Made by a program: the position numbers and the translations under genes. A model generated the notes under the pieces. The model made no database searches, was not told where the DNA came from, and worked only from the letters and a program-made list of their open reading frames with translations. Shown piece after piece: positions 16,900 to 25,783 of a DNA stretch of 64,000 nt (position 1 is its first letter; each line of letters starts with the position of its first letter). Source of the stretch: a virus (lineage: Duplodnaviria > Caudoviricetes); the IMG/VR virus record IMGVR_UViG_3300021086_000004, positions 1-64,000 of that record, one strand, 5' to 3'.

Positions 16900-19716
16900 T
16901 TAGCTCCTATTCGGGAAGACGACGTCGACCCCGCCGAGACCGCGGACGGTCTCCCGGAGCCAGTCGACGAACATGCGGTCCAGGCCGGACCCGCCCGGCT
17001 GGACCTGGATCACCACCTGGGAGCCGCCGCCGCCGGACGCGGCGGCCATGCCTTCGGACTGGCCGTGGGGGTACACGGTGGAGCCGTACGGCAGCCGGAC
17101 GAGTTCCCGGCCGGCCTCGCCAACCCACGTCAGCCCACCCCTGGCGCCGCCGGTGTCCGCGCCGATGATCCCGCCCGACGCTCGGGCGTGCGCGCCAACG
17201 CCACGGACGGTGCCGACGTCGATCGCGATGGCCTTGCCCGTCAATGAGTTGATCTCCCGCTGGACTTTCTGCACCGTCCCGTTCTGTGAGACGAGGATCG
17301 ACACGTGCTTGTCAGCGAGCTTCCCCAGTGCGGTCTTGATCCGGGCGGCGACGGCGGTCGCCCGGTCGATCGCCTGCACCACCAGCGCCTTCGAGTGGAG
17401 TTCGGCCAGGTGCTTCCGCAGCGTCGCGGCCTTGTCCGCCGCCTCGATCGCAGATTTCCCGAGCCCGATCAGAGAGTCGCCGGCCTTGTTCGCCGCAGTG
17501 GCCGCACCGCGCATCCCCGTGTCGACGCCTCGGCTGAACTTGTCGAACGCGTCCCGCGCGCCCTTGATCTTCGGACCGATGTCGGGGATCCACCCGAACG
17601 CCGCAGCCGCCCCGTGGACGATCACCCCGTACGCGTCCAGGACGACGTGGATCAGCTTCCCCCACCAGCCGATGATCGCCCCGATCGCCTTTAGTGCGGT
17701 CCCGGCCATGACCAGGAAGCCACCGCCGATGACGAGGAGCACGGTCCCGGCGATGGCGCCGAACTGTGCGAACGCGAACCGGTTGTCGTTGACCCAGCCG
17801 ACGAGGCGTTTCATCGCCGGGCCGATCGTCTTGGACACGAACCCGGCGATGCCGCCGAGCGCGCCGCCGATGATCGTGGCGGTTTCGGAGGCGGCGCGCG
17901 CCCACTCCTTCCACGTCGGCATGTTCCGGCGGACGAACACGACGATCTGCCCTACCGCCGCCCCGATGTCGTAGAAGAGGCGGTGGAGGCCGGCGCGGCG
18001 GACGTCGTCCGCGGACGCCTTCATCAACGGGCCGATCGGCCGGATCCCGTCCCCCATCAGCTTCGCCGTGTCGCCGACCATCGGACCCAGGTCGCCGAAC
18101 TCCGCGAGGACATCCCCCATGGGCTTGAGCCCGGACGTGGCCGCCCCGGCCGACGCGCCGATGTCGGCCAGGAATCCGCCCATCGGTTTCAACCCGTCCG
18201 AGGCGTCCTTGATGAACTTCCCCATCGGCCGGATCCCGTCCGAGAACCCCTTGACCGCCCCGGTCACAGCGGCGACCGGGGCCGCCACGGACGCGAACCC
18301 CACCCTTACTGCGGCGATCGCCTTCGGGAGGCCTTCGGCGAGGACGTGGACGAACCGTTCCAGCGTCGGGGCGGCTGCGGTGAACACGTCGATCGAGATG
18401 GTCTCCAGTTCGGACTTCAGCCCGGCGAGCGCACCCCCGACGCCTTTCATCCGCGCGGCTGCGACAGTGGCCGCGCCGCCGGACTTGCCGATCGACGCGG
18501 CCATCTTGTCCCACCCAGCCGCCCCCGACGCGGCCAGCACCCCCGCCGCGCGGGCCGCGTCACTGCCGAACGCGGTGGCGGTAGCGGCTGCGAACGCCTG
18601 CGTCGTCAGCCGGGCATGAGCCGCCGCGAGCTGACCGGAGATCACTTCCAGGCCGACGAACTTCCCCTGCGCGTCGAACGCGTGCACCCCGAGGGTCTCC
18701 AACGCCGTGGCGGCCTGCTTCGACGGGTGCGCCAGCGCCAGCAGGGCACTCTTGAGCGACGTGCCCGCGTCCGACCCGTGAATGCCGGCGTTCGCAAACA
18801 GAGCCAGCGCGGTCACCGTCTGGTCCACGCTCAGGCCGAACTGGTGCGACACCGCCGCCGACTGCTGCAACCCCAGCGCGAAGTCGCTGATCTCCCCCGT
18901 CGCGCTGTTCGCCGCGTTCGCCAGCACGTCTGCGACGTGCCCGGCCATCGTCGCCTTCAGCGAGAACGCGTTTAGCGCGTCGGCCTGGATCGTCGCCGCA
19001 GCCGCCCCCGAGATCTGCGCCGCCGCCGCAAGCTGCAGCGTCCCCTTCGCCGCGTCCATCGCCTGCTTCGCCGTGAGGTTGCCCTTCGCCAACTCGGTCA
19101 TCGCCTGCGCCGCGTCGGAGGCGCTGGTGGCCGGCAGGCTCAGGTCGTTACCCAGGTCCCGGGCGCGTTTCGCCACCTCGGCCATCGTCGCGGCGGTGGC
19201 GTGGGTGACGGCCTGCATCGTGTTGAGCTGGTTCTGGTAGTCGATGCCGGCCTTCACGGTCGACACGGCCGCAGCTGCCACGGCGAACAACCCGGCGGCC
19301 AGCCCTGTGCGGGCGGCCATCCCCGCGGCAGACATCGCCCCGGCCATCCGGTGCGACGACGACGTGTGCCTGTCCGCCGCAGCCGAAGCGGCTCGGGTCG
19401 ACTCCGCAGCCCTCGACTGATCTGCGGCGAGTTTCCGCGCGGCCTCGCCTGCGGCCCGGTCCGCCCGGGCGACCTTCTGCCCCGCCTCGTCCTGCCGCAG
19501 CAGCGCCTCGGTCAGCCGCTGCTGCGCTGTCCGGGCCTCCAGCGAGTCCTTACCGAATTTCTTCTCCGCCTCCCCGGCGGCCTTCGCCGACGCCTCCACC
19601 CGCAGGTTCGCTGCGGTCATCTCCACCGCGGCGCGCTTCACCCCGCGCGTCGCCGAGTCGAGCGCCGCCTGCGAGGCGTCCCGGCCGCGCACAACGATCT
19701 CGACGTCATTCGCCAT
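16900..19716 (-). CDS. Tape measure protein (TP901-type core)
   Basis: 938 aa, Ala-rich, MANDVEIVVRGRD start, AMTELAKG, GSDAGTSLKS, 11-aa repeats. Confidence 0.95.
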   Translation of the reverse strand: MANDVEIVVRGRDASQAALDSATRGVKRAAVEMTAANLRVEASAKAAGEAEKKFGKDSLEARTAQQRLTEALLRQDEAGQKVARADRAAGEAARKLAADQSRAAESTRAASAAADRHTSSSHRMAGAMSAAGMAARTGLAAGLFAVAAAAVSTVKAGIDYQNQLNTMQAVTHATAATMAEVAKRARDLGNDLSLPATSASDAAQAMTELAKGNLTAKQAMDAAKGTLQLAAAAQISGAAAATIQADALNAFSLKATMAGHVADVLANAANSATGEISDFALGLQQSAAVSHQFGLSVDQTVTALALFANAGIHGSDAGTSLKSALLALAHPSKQAATALETLGVHAFDAQGKFVGLEVISGQLAAAHARLTTQAFAAATATAFGSDAARAAGVLAASGAAGWDKMAASIGKSGGAATVAAARMKGVGGALAGLKSELETISIDVFTAAAPTLERFVHVLAEGLPKAIAAVRVGFASVAAPVAAVTGAVKGFSDGIRPMGKFIKDASDGLKPMGGFLADIGASAGAATSGLKPMGDVLAEFGDLGPMVGDTAKLMGDGIRPIGPLMKASADDVRRAGLHRLFYDIGAAVGQIVVFVRRNMPTWKEWARAASETATIIGGALGGIAGFVSKTIGPAMKRLVGWVNDNRFAFAQFGAIAGTVLLVIGGGFLVMAGTALKAIGAIIGWWGKLIHVVLDAYGVIVHGAAAAFGWIPDIGPKIKGARDAFDKFSRGVDTGMRGAATAANKAGDSLIGLGKSAIEAADKAATLRKHLAELHSKALVVQAIDRATAVAARIKTALGKLADKHVSILVSQNGTVQKVQREINSLTGKAIAIDVGTVRGVGAHARASGGIIGADTGGARGGLTWVGEAGRELVRLPYGSTVYPHGQSEGMAAASGGGGSQVVIQVQPGGSGLDRMFVDWLRETVRGLGGVDVVFPNRS

Positions 19717-20280
19717 ACGGGCCGGTCACCTCCTCCGGTCGGGCACCCAGGTCGCGGATGTGGAGCAGCCGCAGCACGGACGCGTCCTCCGCGAGCAGTT
19801 GCGAGGGGAGGCAGTGGAACGTCTCGCACAGGGCGAGCACGGTCTCCGCCTCCTCCAGCTCTACGGGTTTGGCGACAACGGTTCCATCGGGATGGACGCC
19901 TCCACCGACGGCGGACCAGAGGCGGAGGTCCCGGCCAAAGGGTCGGCGACCCCGGCGACCGCCTGCATCCACGCGTTGATCACCTGCAACGCGAAGTCGA
20001 GACTGAGGGACCGGAGGCCCTCGTACGTCGCCGGCACCGGCTGCCGGCCCACCCCGTCGGCGTCGGCCGTGTCCTCCTCGACGTTCCACGAGACGAGCGC
20101 TCTCGCGAACTCGGCGAACATGCGGTCGGCGTCGTCTGGGTCGGAGTGCGCGGAGTCGGACAGCCGGGCCATGTCGAGCATCGCCCCGACGGAGAGTGAG
20201 GTGGCTCGGACTTCGAGGCCGGCCATGTCGTCGGCTTCGAACCGGAGCCGGTACGCGCGTTTCTGCGGGACGAACCCCAC
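19706..20280 (-). CDS. Tail assembly chaperone GT, -1 frameshift product
   Basis: Slippery heptamer C CCT TTG at 19942-19936; the -1 frame reads ...LCETFHCLPSQLL... Confidence 0.8.
19861..20280 (-). CDS. Tail assembly chaperone (G)
   Basis: Between tail tube and TMP; LVSWNVEE motif. Confidence 0.85.
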   Translation of the reverse strand: MGFVPQKRAYRLRFEADDMAGLEVRATSLSVGAMLDMARLSDSAHSDPDDADRMFAEFARALVSWNVEEDTADADGVGRQPVPATYEGLRSLSLDFALQVINAWMQAVAGVADPLAGTSASGPPSVEASIPMEPLSPNP

Positions 20281-20313
20281 GTCAACACCCCCCGAATCGT
20301 ACGAATCGAGAGA

Positions 20314-20724
20314 TTACGCCCATGTCGGCACAACTCCCCCGGTTAGGACGCCAGGCGCCGTCCACGTCAGCGCCCCGTCGTTGCCCCGGGTCAACTGGTA
20401 GTCGGTGAACAGGACCTCGTTCGGCAGCGTCTTCCCGCCGATCGTCAGCGTCACCGTCCGAGCCACCGACGTAGACGGCACGGTCGAGAACACGTCGTGC
20501 GCGGAGGGGGTAGAGGCGAAGTTCGCCACCCCGTTCAGCGTCACGGAGAAGTCGGCGAGGAGCAGGAGCCGCTCCATCGCGGACTTGTCGATGCCGGTCA
20601 CGTCCTGCACTGCGCGGGGGGTGCTGAAGCTCAGATTGGTGACGTCGTTGCGGATCACCTCTACCGCGCCGGCCGAGTCATCCACGCTGCACACGGACCA
20701 GGCCAATCCGGAGGTCTTCGCCAT
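20314..20724 (-). CDS. Major tail tube protein
   Basis: MAKTSGL...QDVTGIDKSAMERLLLLADFS...TRGNDGALT. Confidence 0.8.
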   Translation of the reverse strand: MAKTSGLAWSVCSVDDSAGAVEVIRNDVTNLSFSTPRAVQDVTGIDKSAMERLLLLADFSVTLNGVANFASTPSAHDVFSTVPSTSVARTVTLTIGGKTLPNEVLFTDYQLTRGNDGALTWTAPGVLTGGVVPTWA

Positions 20725-20727
20725 GGT

Positions 20728-21177
20728 CTATCCCCTTTCGATGGTGTCTGCGACGTTCTGTTGGTGGTTGCCGAAGTCGTCGAGCCAGTCCGAGTAGTCG
20801 TGGTGCAAGTGCGCCCGGCCCCCGGCGGGGTCGCCGCGCCAGTCCCCGCCGCGCACCGTGTAGATCTCCGGCCGGTCGAGCGGGACCTGATGCCGGCCGA
20901 AGCAGCGCTGCCCGGGCTCGAACTCGAACACCGTCAGCCCGTCTTCGCCGCGGGTCTCGACGTACCGGCGGCCGGCCTCGGAGCGGATGTAGTGGGCCTG
21001 CCCCTGGCCGAGGTCGGTTGTCTCGTCGACAGCCGTCCTCCACCCGCCGGAGTGCGCTCGGCAGTTCGCCTCGGCGCACGACGCGGGGCGGAAGTGGGTC
21101 GCGAGAGGCGCGGCGACGGCGTAGGTCTTGTACGCGCCCGCCGGCAGCGCCGGGGCGATCCGGAACGGGCCGGTCAC
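20728..21177 (-). CDS. Conserved actinophage hypothetical protein
   Basis: YKTY...RPASCAEANC...FEPGQRCF...GDWRG. Confidence 0.7.
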   Translation of the reverse strand: MTGPFRIAPALPAGAYKTYAVAAPLATHFRPASCAEANCRAHSGGWRTAVDETTDLGQGQAHYIRSEAGRRYVETRGEDGLTVFEFEPGQRCFGRHQVPLDRPEIYTVRGGDWRGDPAGGRAHLHHDYSDWLDDFGNHQQNVADTIERG

Positions 21178-21464
21178 GACGGAACCTCTTCCGCGCGGGC
21201 GAACTGGACGATGAGCCATTCCCCCGGGATCGCTTCGTCCACCGTGCTCACGCGCCAGCCGTGGCGCATCGCGATCAGGTCGGCCTGCGTCTGCTCAGCG
21301 GGGCGGATAGTCGCCGTAGTCGGCTGGCTAGCGGCGCCTGCCCGCAGCGCCGCGTCGAGGTCCGCCATGCGCCAGCCGGCGACGAACGAGTCGTCGTCGT
21401 AGGCGCCGCCCTGGCTGGCGCAGGCAACGAACGGCATGACCATCTCGTACTCGGCGTCGGCCAT
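21174..21464 (-). CDS. Hypothetical protein
   Basis: Coupled to both neighbours. Confidence 0.65.
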   Translation of the reverse strand: MADAEYEMVMPFVACASQGGAYDDDSFVAGWRMADLDAALRAGAASQPTTATIRPAEQTQADLIAMRHGWRVSTVDEAIPGEWLIVQFARAEEVPS

Positions 21465-22205
21465 TCAGAAGACCACCGCAGTTGTGTTCCTGGTGATCTG
21501 GACGGCGAACGTCACCGATGTGACCCCGCCCGACGTGGACGTGACCGCCCGCACGTACCGGCGCAGGGTCGCCCCCGCCGCGGTCGCCAGCCGCTGCGAG
21601 GCGGGCGCGGCGGTGACCTGGGTGAACGCCAGGCCGGCCACGGCGGTGTACGCGGAGTCGTTCGTGGAGTCCTCGATCGTCACCGTGACGTCGGTGCCGG
21701 TGAACGCGAAGACGTGGAGCCACGCCTGCGCGCCCTGTACCGTCGCCGCCGCGCCGTCGAGGCTGGCCCCGTTGGTCGCAGCAGTGTCGGTGCGCTGCCA
21801 GGCGGTGAGCTGCTGGCCCCATTCCAGGCCGTAGCCGTTCGCCTGCGCCTGCACGGCGGTGGTCAGCGCCCCGTCGGCGCCGCGGGTCCAGTCGTAGTTG
21901 ATCTGCTTCCCGACCAGCGACGCGGAGGCGTTCCCGATCGCCGCGCCTCGGTGGTAGGTGACGATCACATCCGACGTCGGCAACGCGGAGAAGACGGGGT
22001 GGGCGCGCAGCGGGTTGAAGAACCCGCTGTGCTCGATCGCCCCGTCGCGGTGGAGGCCAACGCGGTCCATGGCGGACTGGTCGATGCCGGTGACATCTTG
22101 GGTGCCGGCGAGCCCGCCGCCGACCCTGTTGAGGGAGCCGACGTCGCCGGACACGTCCACCCCGGCCACGGAGAGGTGATCACCGAGTCCAGCTGTCTTC
22201 GCCAC
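21465..22205 (-). CDS. Second tail-tube-like protein with C-terminal extra beta domain
   Basis: MAKTAGL...QDVTGIDQSAMDR...AHPVFS...TRGADGALT matches 20314-20724. Confidence 0.75.
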   Translation of the reverse strand: MAKTAGLGDHLSVAGVDVSGDVGSLNRVGGGLAGTQDVTGIDQSAMDRVGLHRDGAIEHSGFFNPLRAHPVFSALPTSDVIVTYHRGAAIGNASASLVGKQINYDWTRGADGALTTAVQAQANGYGLEWGQQLTAWQRTDTAATNGASLDGAAATVQGAQAWLHVFAFTGTDVTVTIEDSTNDSAYTAVAGLAFTQVTAAPASQRLATAAGATLRRYVRAVTSTSGGVTSVTFAVQITRNTTAVVF

Positions 22206-22208
22206 GGC

Positions 22209-22523
22209 CTACCGTCCTTTCTCCGCGCGGGCCTGCGCGAGGGGGTCGACGGGGACGAGCGGCCCGTTCGCCGGCCCGTCGTTGCGGTGGGTGGCGAGTG
22301 CCGTCATGTCCCGCTGCGGGTCTTCTCGCAGGGCGTGGTGGGCTCGGACCGCGGCGTCGACCCAGCCGGCGGGGACGTCGGTCAGCCACCCGGAGACGCG
22401 GGCGCCGCGCACGCACGCCTCCACCAGGGCGCCGCCGGGGAACGCCGCGTCGGCGACGGTCCGGTACCAGCGGACAACGGTGTCGCCCTGGTCAGCGGCG
22501 ACGGTCACGACGGGATCGGTCAT
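22209..22523 (-). CDS. Hypothetical protein
   Basis: AGGAG RBS; coupled. Confidence 0.6.
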   Translation of the reverse strand: MTDPVVTVAADQGDTVVRWYRTVADAAFPGGALVEACVRGARVSGWLTDVPAGWVDAAVRAHHALREDPQRDMTALATHRNDGPANGPLVPVDPLAQARAEKGR

Positions 22524-23869
22524 GGGGCCTGCTCCGCTAGGTCGTTGAGGATGAGGGGCAATGTGATGACGACGGCCCGGTACAGCCGCTTGTCCTGCTC
22601 TATGTAGCCGGCGCGGCCTGCCAACGGCTCCCCGGCGCGGCCGAGGAGATCCACCGACTTGACCAGGCCGCCCAACGTGAAGTCGCCGCTGTAGGCGATG
22701 ACCAGCGCGCCGGTGGCGGTGAGGATCGCCGGGTCGATGCCGTCCTGCGGCTCCTGCAACATGGGGTTGTAGATCCGGATGGACAGCACGAGCCGGTACG
22801 TGGTCAGCGACAGCCCCGACTCGGCGGGGACCGGTCTCAGGTCGGCGAGCCAGAACGCCGCGGTCAGCCCCGAGCCGGGCGCGGACTTGGGTTCGTGGCC
22901 GGTGACCCGGTCGAACAGACCGGACGCGTAGGCGTGGTCTGCGGCGGCGGCGAAGATGGCGGCGGCGTCGAAGGGAAGCGCCCCCGACGGGGCCAGGACT
23001 TCGGCCGATGCGGTGATGGTGGCCGCTGCGGTGACAGCGGCGTCCGATACGGCAATGAGCGCGGCGGTCGCGGTGATGCTGGCGGTCGTGATGCGGGTGG
23101 CGTCTGCGGCTGCGATGAGCGCCGCCGTGGCGGTGACCGCGCCGGTCGCGGTGAGCGTGGCGGCGGCGGGCCGGATGACTGCGGCGGCGGCGGTGATGGT
23201 GCCGGTCGCGGCAAGCGTCGCGTCGGCGGTGACGGTCGTGCCGGCGACCTTGTAGGTGACGACGATGCCGGTGGACTTCGGCGCCTCAGCGGCGTCGGCG
23301 GTCGCCGTCGACTCGACCGTGCCCGTCGCGGCCAGGGTGAGAGAGGCGACCGCGAGGCCAACGTTCGATCCGCCCGTGGTCGTGACCTGATCCGTGATCC
23401 GCTCGGCGAAGCCGTTCGTCTCGCCGCCCCAGGTAATGGCGGCGCCGACGATGGACGACCCCCAGGAGGCAACGGCGAGTTCGTTCGCCTGCGCCGTGGT
23501 GCCGGTAGTGCCGGTGGAGCGGGTGGTGGCGCCCGAACTCGACCCGGTCGAGGCGACCTGGTCGGTGGGTGTGGCGGTGAGGCCGGAGATCTCGGCGGCA
23601 TACCAGACCCCGGCCGCCGACACGCCGGGGGTGACGGTCCAGGCCGCCTCTCCCCCTGCGGCGATCTTGGACCAGTGGTAGTGCCCGTTGGAGTTGACCT
23701 GACTCTTGTCGAGGGTGAAGCCGGCGGGGGTGGCGACGGTGGCGTCGGAGACGACGACGATGACGATCAGGTTCCCGGCGACGGTGGGGTTCGGGAGGGT
23801 GACGGGGTACGTCGCGGGCGCGGCGGCACCCGAGGTGCCGCCTAGCTCCTGAACGAACACCGCCGCCAT
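22520..23869 (-). CDS. Fibre/lectin-like domain plus Ala/Thr repeats fused to a tail terminator domain
   Basis: C-terminal GHEPKSAPG.GLTAAFW...FTLGGLVKSVDLLG...GY terminator motifs; about four 20-aa repeats as linker. Confidence 0.75.
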   Translation of the reverse strand: MAAVFVQELGGTSGAAAPATYPVTLPNPTVAGNLIVIVVVSDATVATPAGFTLDKSQVNSNGHYHWSKIAAGGEAAWTVTPGVSAAGVWYAAEISGLTATPTDQVASTGSSSGATTRSTGTTGTTAQANELAVASWGSSIVGAAITWGGETNGFAERITDQVTTTGGSNVGLAVASLTLAATGTVESTATADAAEAPKSTGIVVTYKVAGTTVTADATLAATGTITAAAAVIRPAAATLTATGAVTATAALIAAADATRITTASITATAALIAVSDAAVTAAATITASAEVLAPSGALPFDAAAIFAAAADHAYASGLFDRVTGHEPKSAPGSGLTAAFWLADLRPVPAESGLSLTTYRLVLSIRIYNPMLQEPQDGIDPAILTATGALVIAYSGDFTLGGLVKSVDLLGRAGEPLAGRAGYIEQDKRLYRAVVITLPLILNDLAEQAP

Positions 23870-23878
23870 GTGATGGTC

Positions 23879-24277
23879 CTACGCGGCGATCGGGGTGACC
23901 GCGAAGGTCAACGTGTTGAGCTGGAGCGTGTCGCCGTTGGACACCGCCCGGCTCGCGGTGAGTACGGCCGAGTAGTAGAACGTCCCCGAACTGGACAGGG
24001 ACCACGTGGACAGGTGGGTGATGGTGTCCGAGCCGGTGGACGCCGAGGTGATGGCTGCGGTGATGGCCTGGGAGCCGGCGGAGGCTGCGTTCTGCGCGAG
24101 GGCGGTGCGGCCGGGGATGGCGGTGGACACGTTCGCGGTGCCGGACGCGCCGGGGTCTCCGGTGTGCCACTGGACGAACACCGCGGCGGGGGCGGTGAAC
24201 GTTACCCCGTTGGAGTTGCCGCGGAGGACATTGAGCCACGCGTTGGCGAGGTTGACGGCGGACAGGCCGGCGGTCAC
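23879..24277 (-). CDS. Phage fibre-associated structural protein
   Basis: WLNVLRG...HTGDPG...THLSTW...GTFYYS...NGDTL. Confidence 0.7.
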   Translation of the reverse strand: MTAGLSAVNLANAWLNVLRGNSNGVTFTAPAAVFVQWHTGDPGASGTANVSTAIPGRTALAQNAASAGSQAITAAITSASTGSDTITHLSTWSLSSSGTFYYSAVLTASRAVSNGDTLQLNTLTFAVTPIAA

Positions 24278-24417
24278 GCGCCGTCACCGCTCTCGGGTTC
24301 GGCCGGCTGGCCGGGGATGACTTCGGCGGAGGCGGTGAGCGTGACCAGCCACTGCGTGACCTGGGGCTCGGCGAGTTCGGGTTCGGGCATCGGGTCTCCT
24401 GCGGGCTGGTCGGTCAT
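24274..24417 (-). CDS. Small acidic fibre-associated protein
   Basis: VTLTASAEVIPG; overlaps at both ends. Confidence 0.55.
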   Translation of the reverse strand: MTDQPAGDPMPEPELAEPQVTQWLVTLTASAEVIPGQPAEPESGDGA

Positions 24418-24794
24418 CGGAGCTTGTTGAGGTGGCGGGCGAGGATCGGTTCGACGAGGCCGGGGACCTCGGCCTGCAACTGCTGGGTGGCCCGGCGGAA
24501 CGAGTGGTAACCCTTGAATCGAGTCGTACGATTCCGCGACCCAACCCCCTCCAACCACGGCCCATATACGACACCGCGGTCGTTAACGGACACGCCCTGG
24601 TCGACCCGCTGCACGGTCAGTTGGGTCTCGTAGTACGGGGTGGGATGCCTGATCGAGGCGTCGAGGAGCCGGTGGACGTCGGCCAGGCCCTGCGACCCGA
24701 CCTCCCAGGTGGCGTCGTCGAGGAAGTCACGCACGACATGGCCGGCGGCGCCGTCGAACAGCGGCCCGCGGACGGTGACGCTGAAGTCAGGCAC
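24414..24794 (-). CDS. Neck / tail-completion protein (HK97 gp10-like)
   Basis: GPLFDG...PTPYYE...VVYGPWLEGVGSRN.TTRFKGY. Confidence 0.75.
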   Translation of the reverse strand: MPDFSVTVRGPLFDGAAGHVVRDFLDDATWEVGSQGLADVHRLLDASIRHPTPYYETQLTVQRVDQGVSVNDRGVVYGPWLEGVGSRNRTTRFKGYHSFRRATQQLQAEVPGLVEPILARHLNKLR

Positions 24795-25023
24795 CGGCCG
24801 TGGCCTTCCCCGTCGCCGCCTTGGTCGGGGTGGGCTTATCGGCCTTGGCCGGCGCGTCGCCTGCGGGGGCGTCCTCAGCGGCAGGCTCGCCCGGGGCCTG
24901 GAACCGCGGGCCGACGGGCTCGCCGCCGGAGTCGACCTCCGTGTGCCCAGTGGCGCCGCACTGCGGGCACCGCGGCATGTCGACGGCGTACAGGGTCGTG
25001 CACTCGGCACACTTCCACAGCAT
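24787..25023 (-). CDS. Zinc-ribbon protein with disordered tail
   Basis: WKCAEC...RCPQCG. Confidence 0.7.
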   Translation of the reverse strand: MLWKCAECTTLYAVDMPRCPQCGATGHTEVDSGGEPVGPRFQAPGEPAAEDAPAGDAPAKADKPTPTKAATGKATAGA

Positions 25024-25031
25024 GGGGACTC

Positions 25032-25223
25032 CTACCTGTCGGTGCCGGCTGGTCGGGGCGGGATGATCGGGGTCAGCGGCACGCTTGTCTCGGCCCAGGG
25101 CTGGGCGTACATGGCGAGGCGGACCCTGCGGGCGTGGACGATCAGGCCGGCGTCGCGCCACGCCGCGCGTCGTCGCCAGCCGTAACGGCGCCGGGACCGG
25201 TACACGCTCACCCGGGAGAGCAT
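25032..25223 (-). CDS. Small basic hypothetical protein
   Basis: Coupled to the upstream stop. Confidence 0.45.
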   Translation of the reverse strand: MLSRVSVYRSRRRYGWRRRAAWRDAGLIVHARRVRLAMYAQPWAETSVPLTPIIPPRPAGTDR

Positions 25224-25783
25224 CAGCCAGCCTCCTCGGCCGGCATCCCGGTGAGCGCTGCCGCTCGTTCGCAGGCGAGACGGTCACTGAGGACGTTGGC
25301 CCAGCCCAGCGCGGCTGCCGCCAGTTCTTCGAGCGCAAGCATCCGGGGGTAGTCCCGGAAGTCGAGGTCGGCGGAGGCCGCATATCGCGCCTGAACGACT
25401 TTCCCTAACTGCTCGACTAGCCCTGACAGGAAGAATTCCTCGCCGCCGACCTCCTCATAGTCGCTCACTGCCACGTCCATCACGTGTAGCGCCCTAGCGT
25501 CTCGACTATCAATACATCCGACCCCATCGGGGATCCGGCCGCCAGACCTCTCTATCTCTTCCCGCAGATCGTCGGTAAGCCTGAACCATTCCCCGAATAG
25601 CCGTGCGGATTGAAACTGCGCATGAAGGGCGCGCTCGCGGTTCGCTCCGCCCGGCTGGGTCGCTACTACCACGAGTTCATCGGGCGACCCTGTCTGGCAG
25701 TCCAGGACGCGCCTGGATGGCGCGTCCGAGGATCCGATCTTGACCCTGCCCAGCGCCTTGGCGACTATGAAGTACACGGTCAT
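25223..25783 (-). CDS. GIY-YIG superfamily T5orf172/MUG113-like protein
   Basis: VYFI...VKIGSS...RRV..CQTGSP...ERALHAQF...GEWF; lower GC than its flanks. Confidence 0.85.
   Translation of the reverse strand: MTVYFIVAKALGRVKIGSSDAPSRRVLDCQTGSPDELVVVATQPGGANRERALHAQFQSARLFGEWFRLTDDLREEIERSGGRIPDGVGCIDSRDARALHVMDVAVSDYEEVGGEEFFLSGLVEQLGKVVQARYAASADLDFRDYPRMLALEELAAAALGWANVLSDRLACERAAALTGMPAEEAG

Noticed and set aside
17950-18330. Repeats in the tape measure gene as a regulatory array
   Set aside because: Ordinary 11-aa TMP coding repeats (KPMG..)
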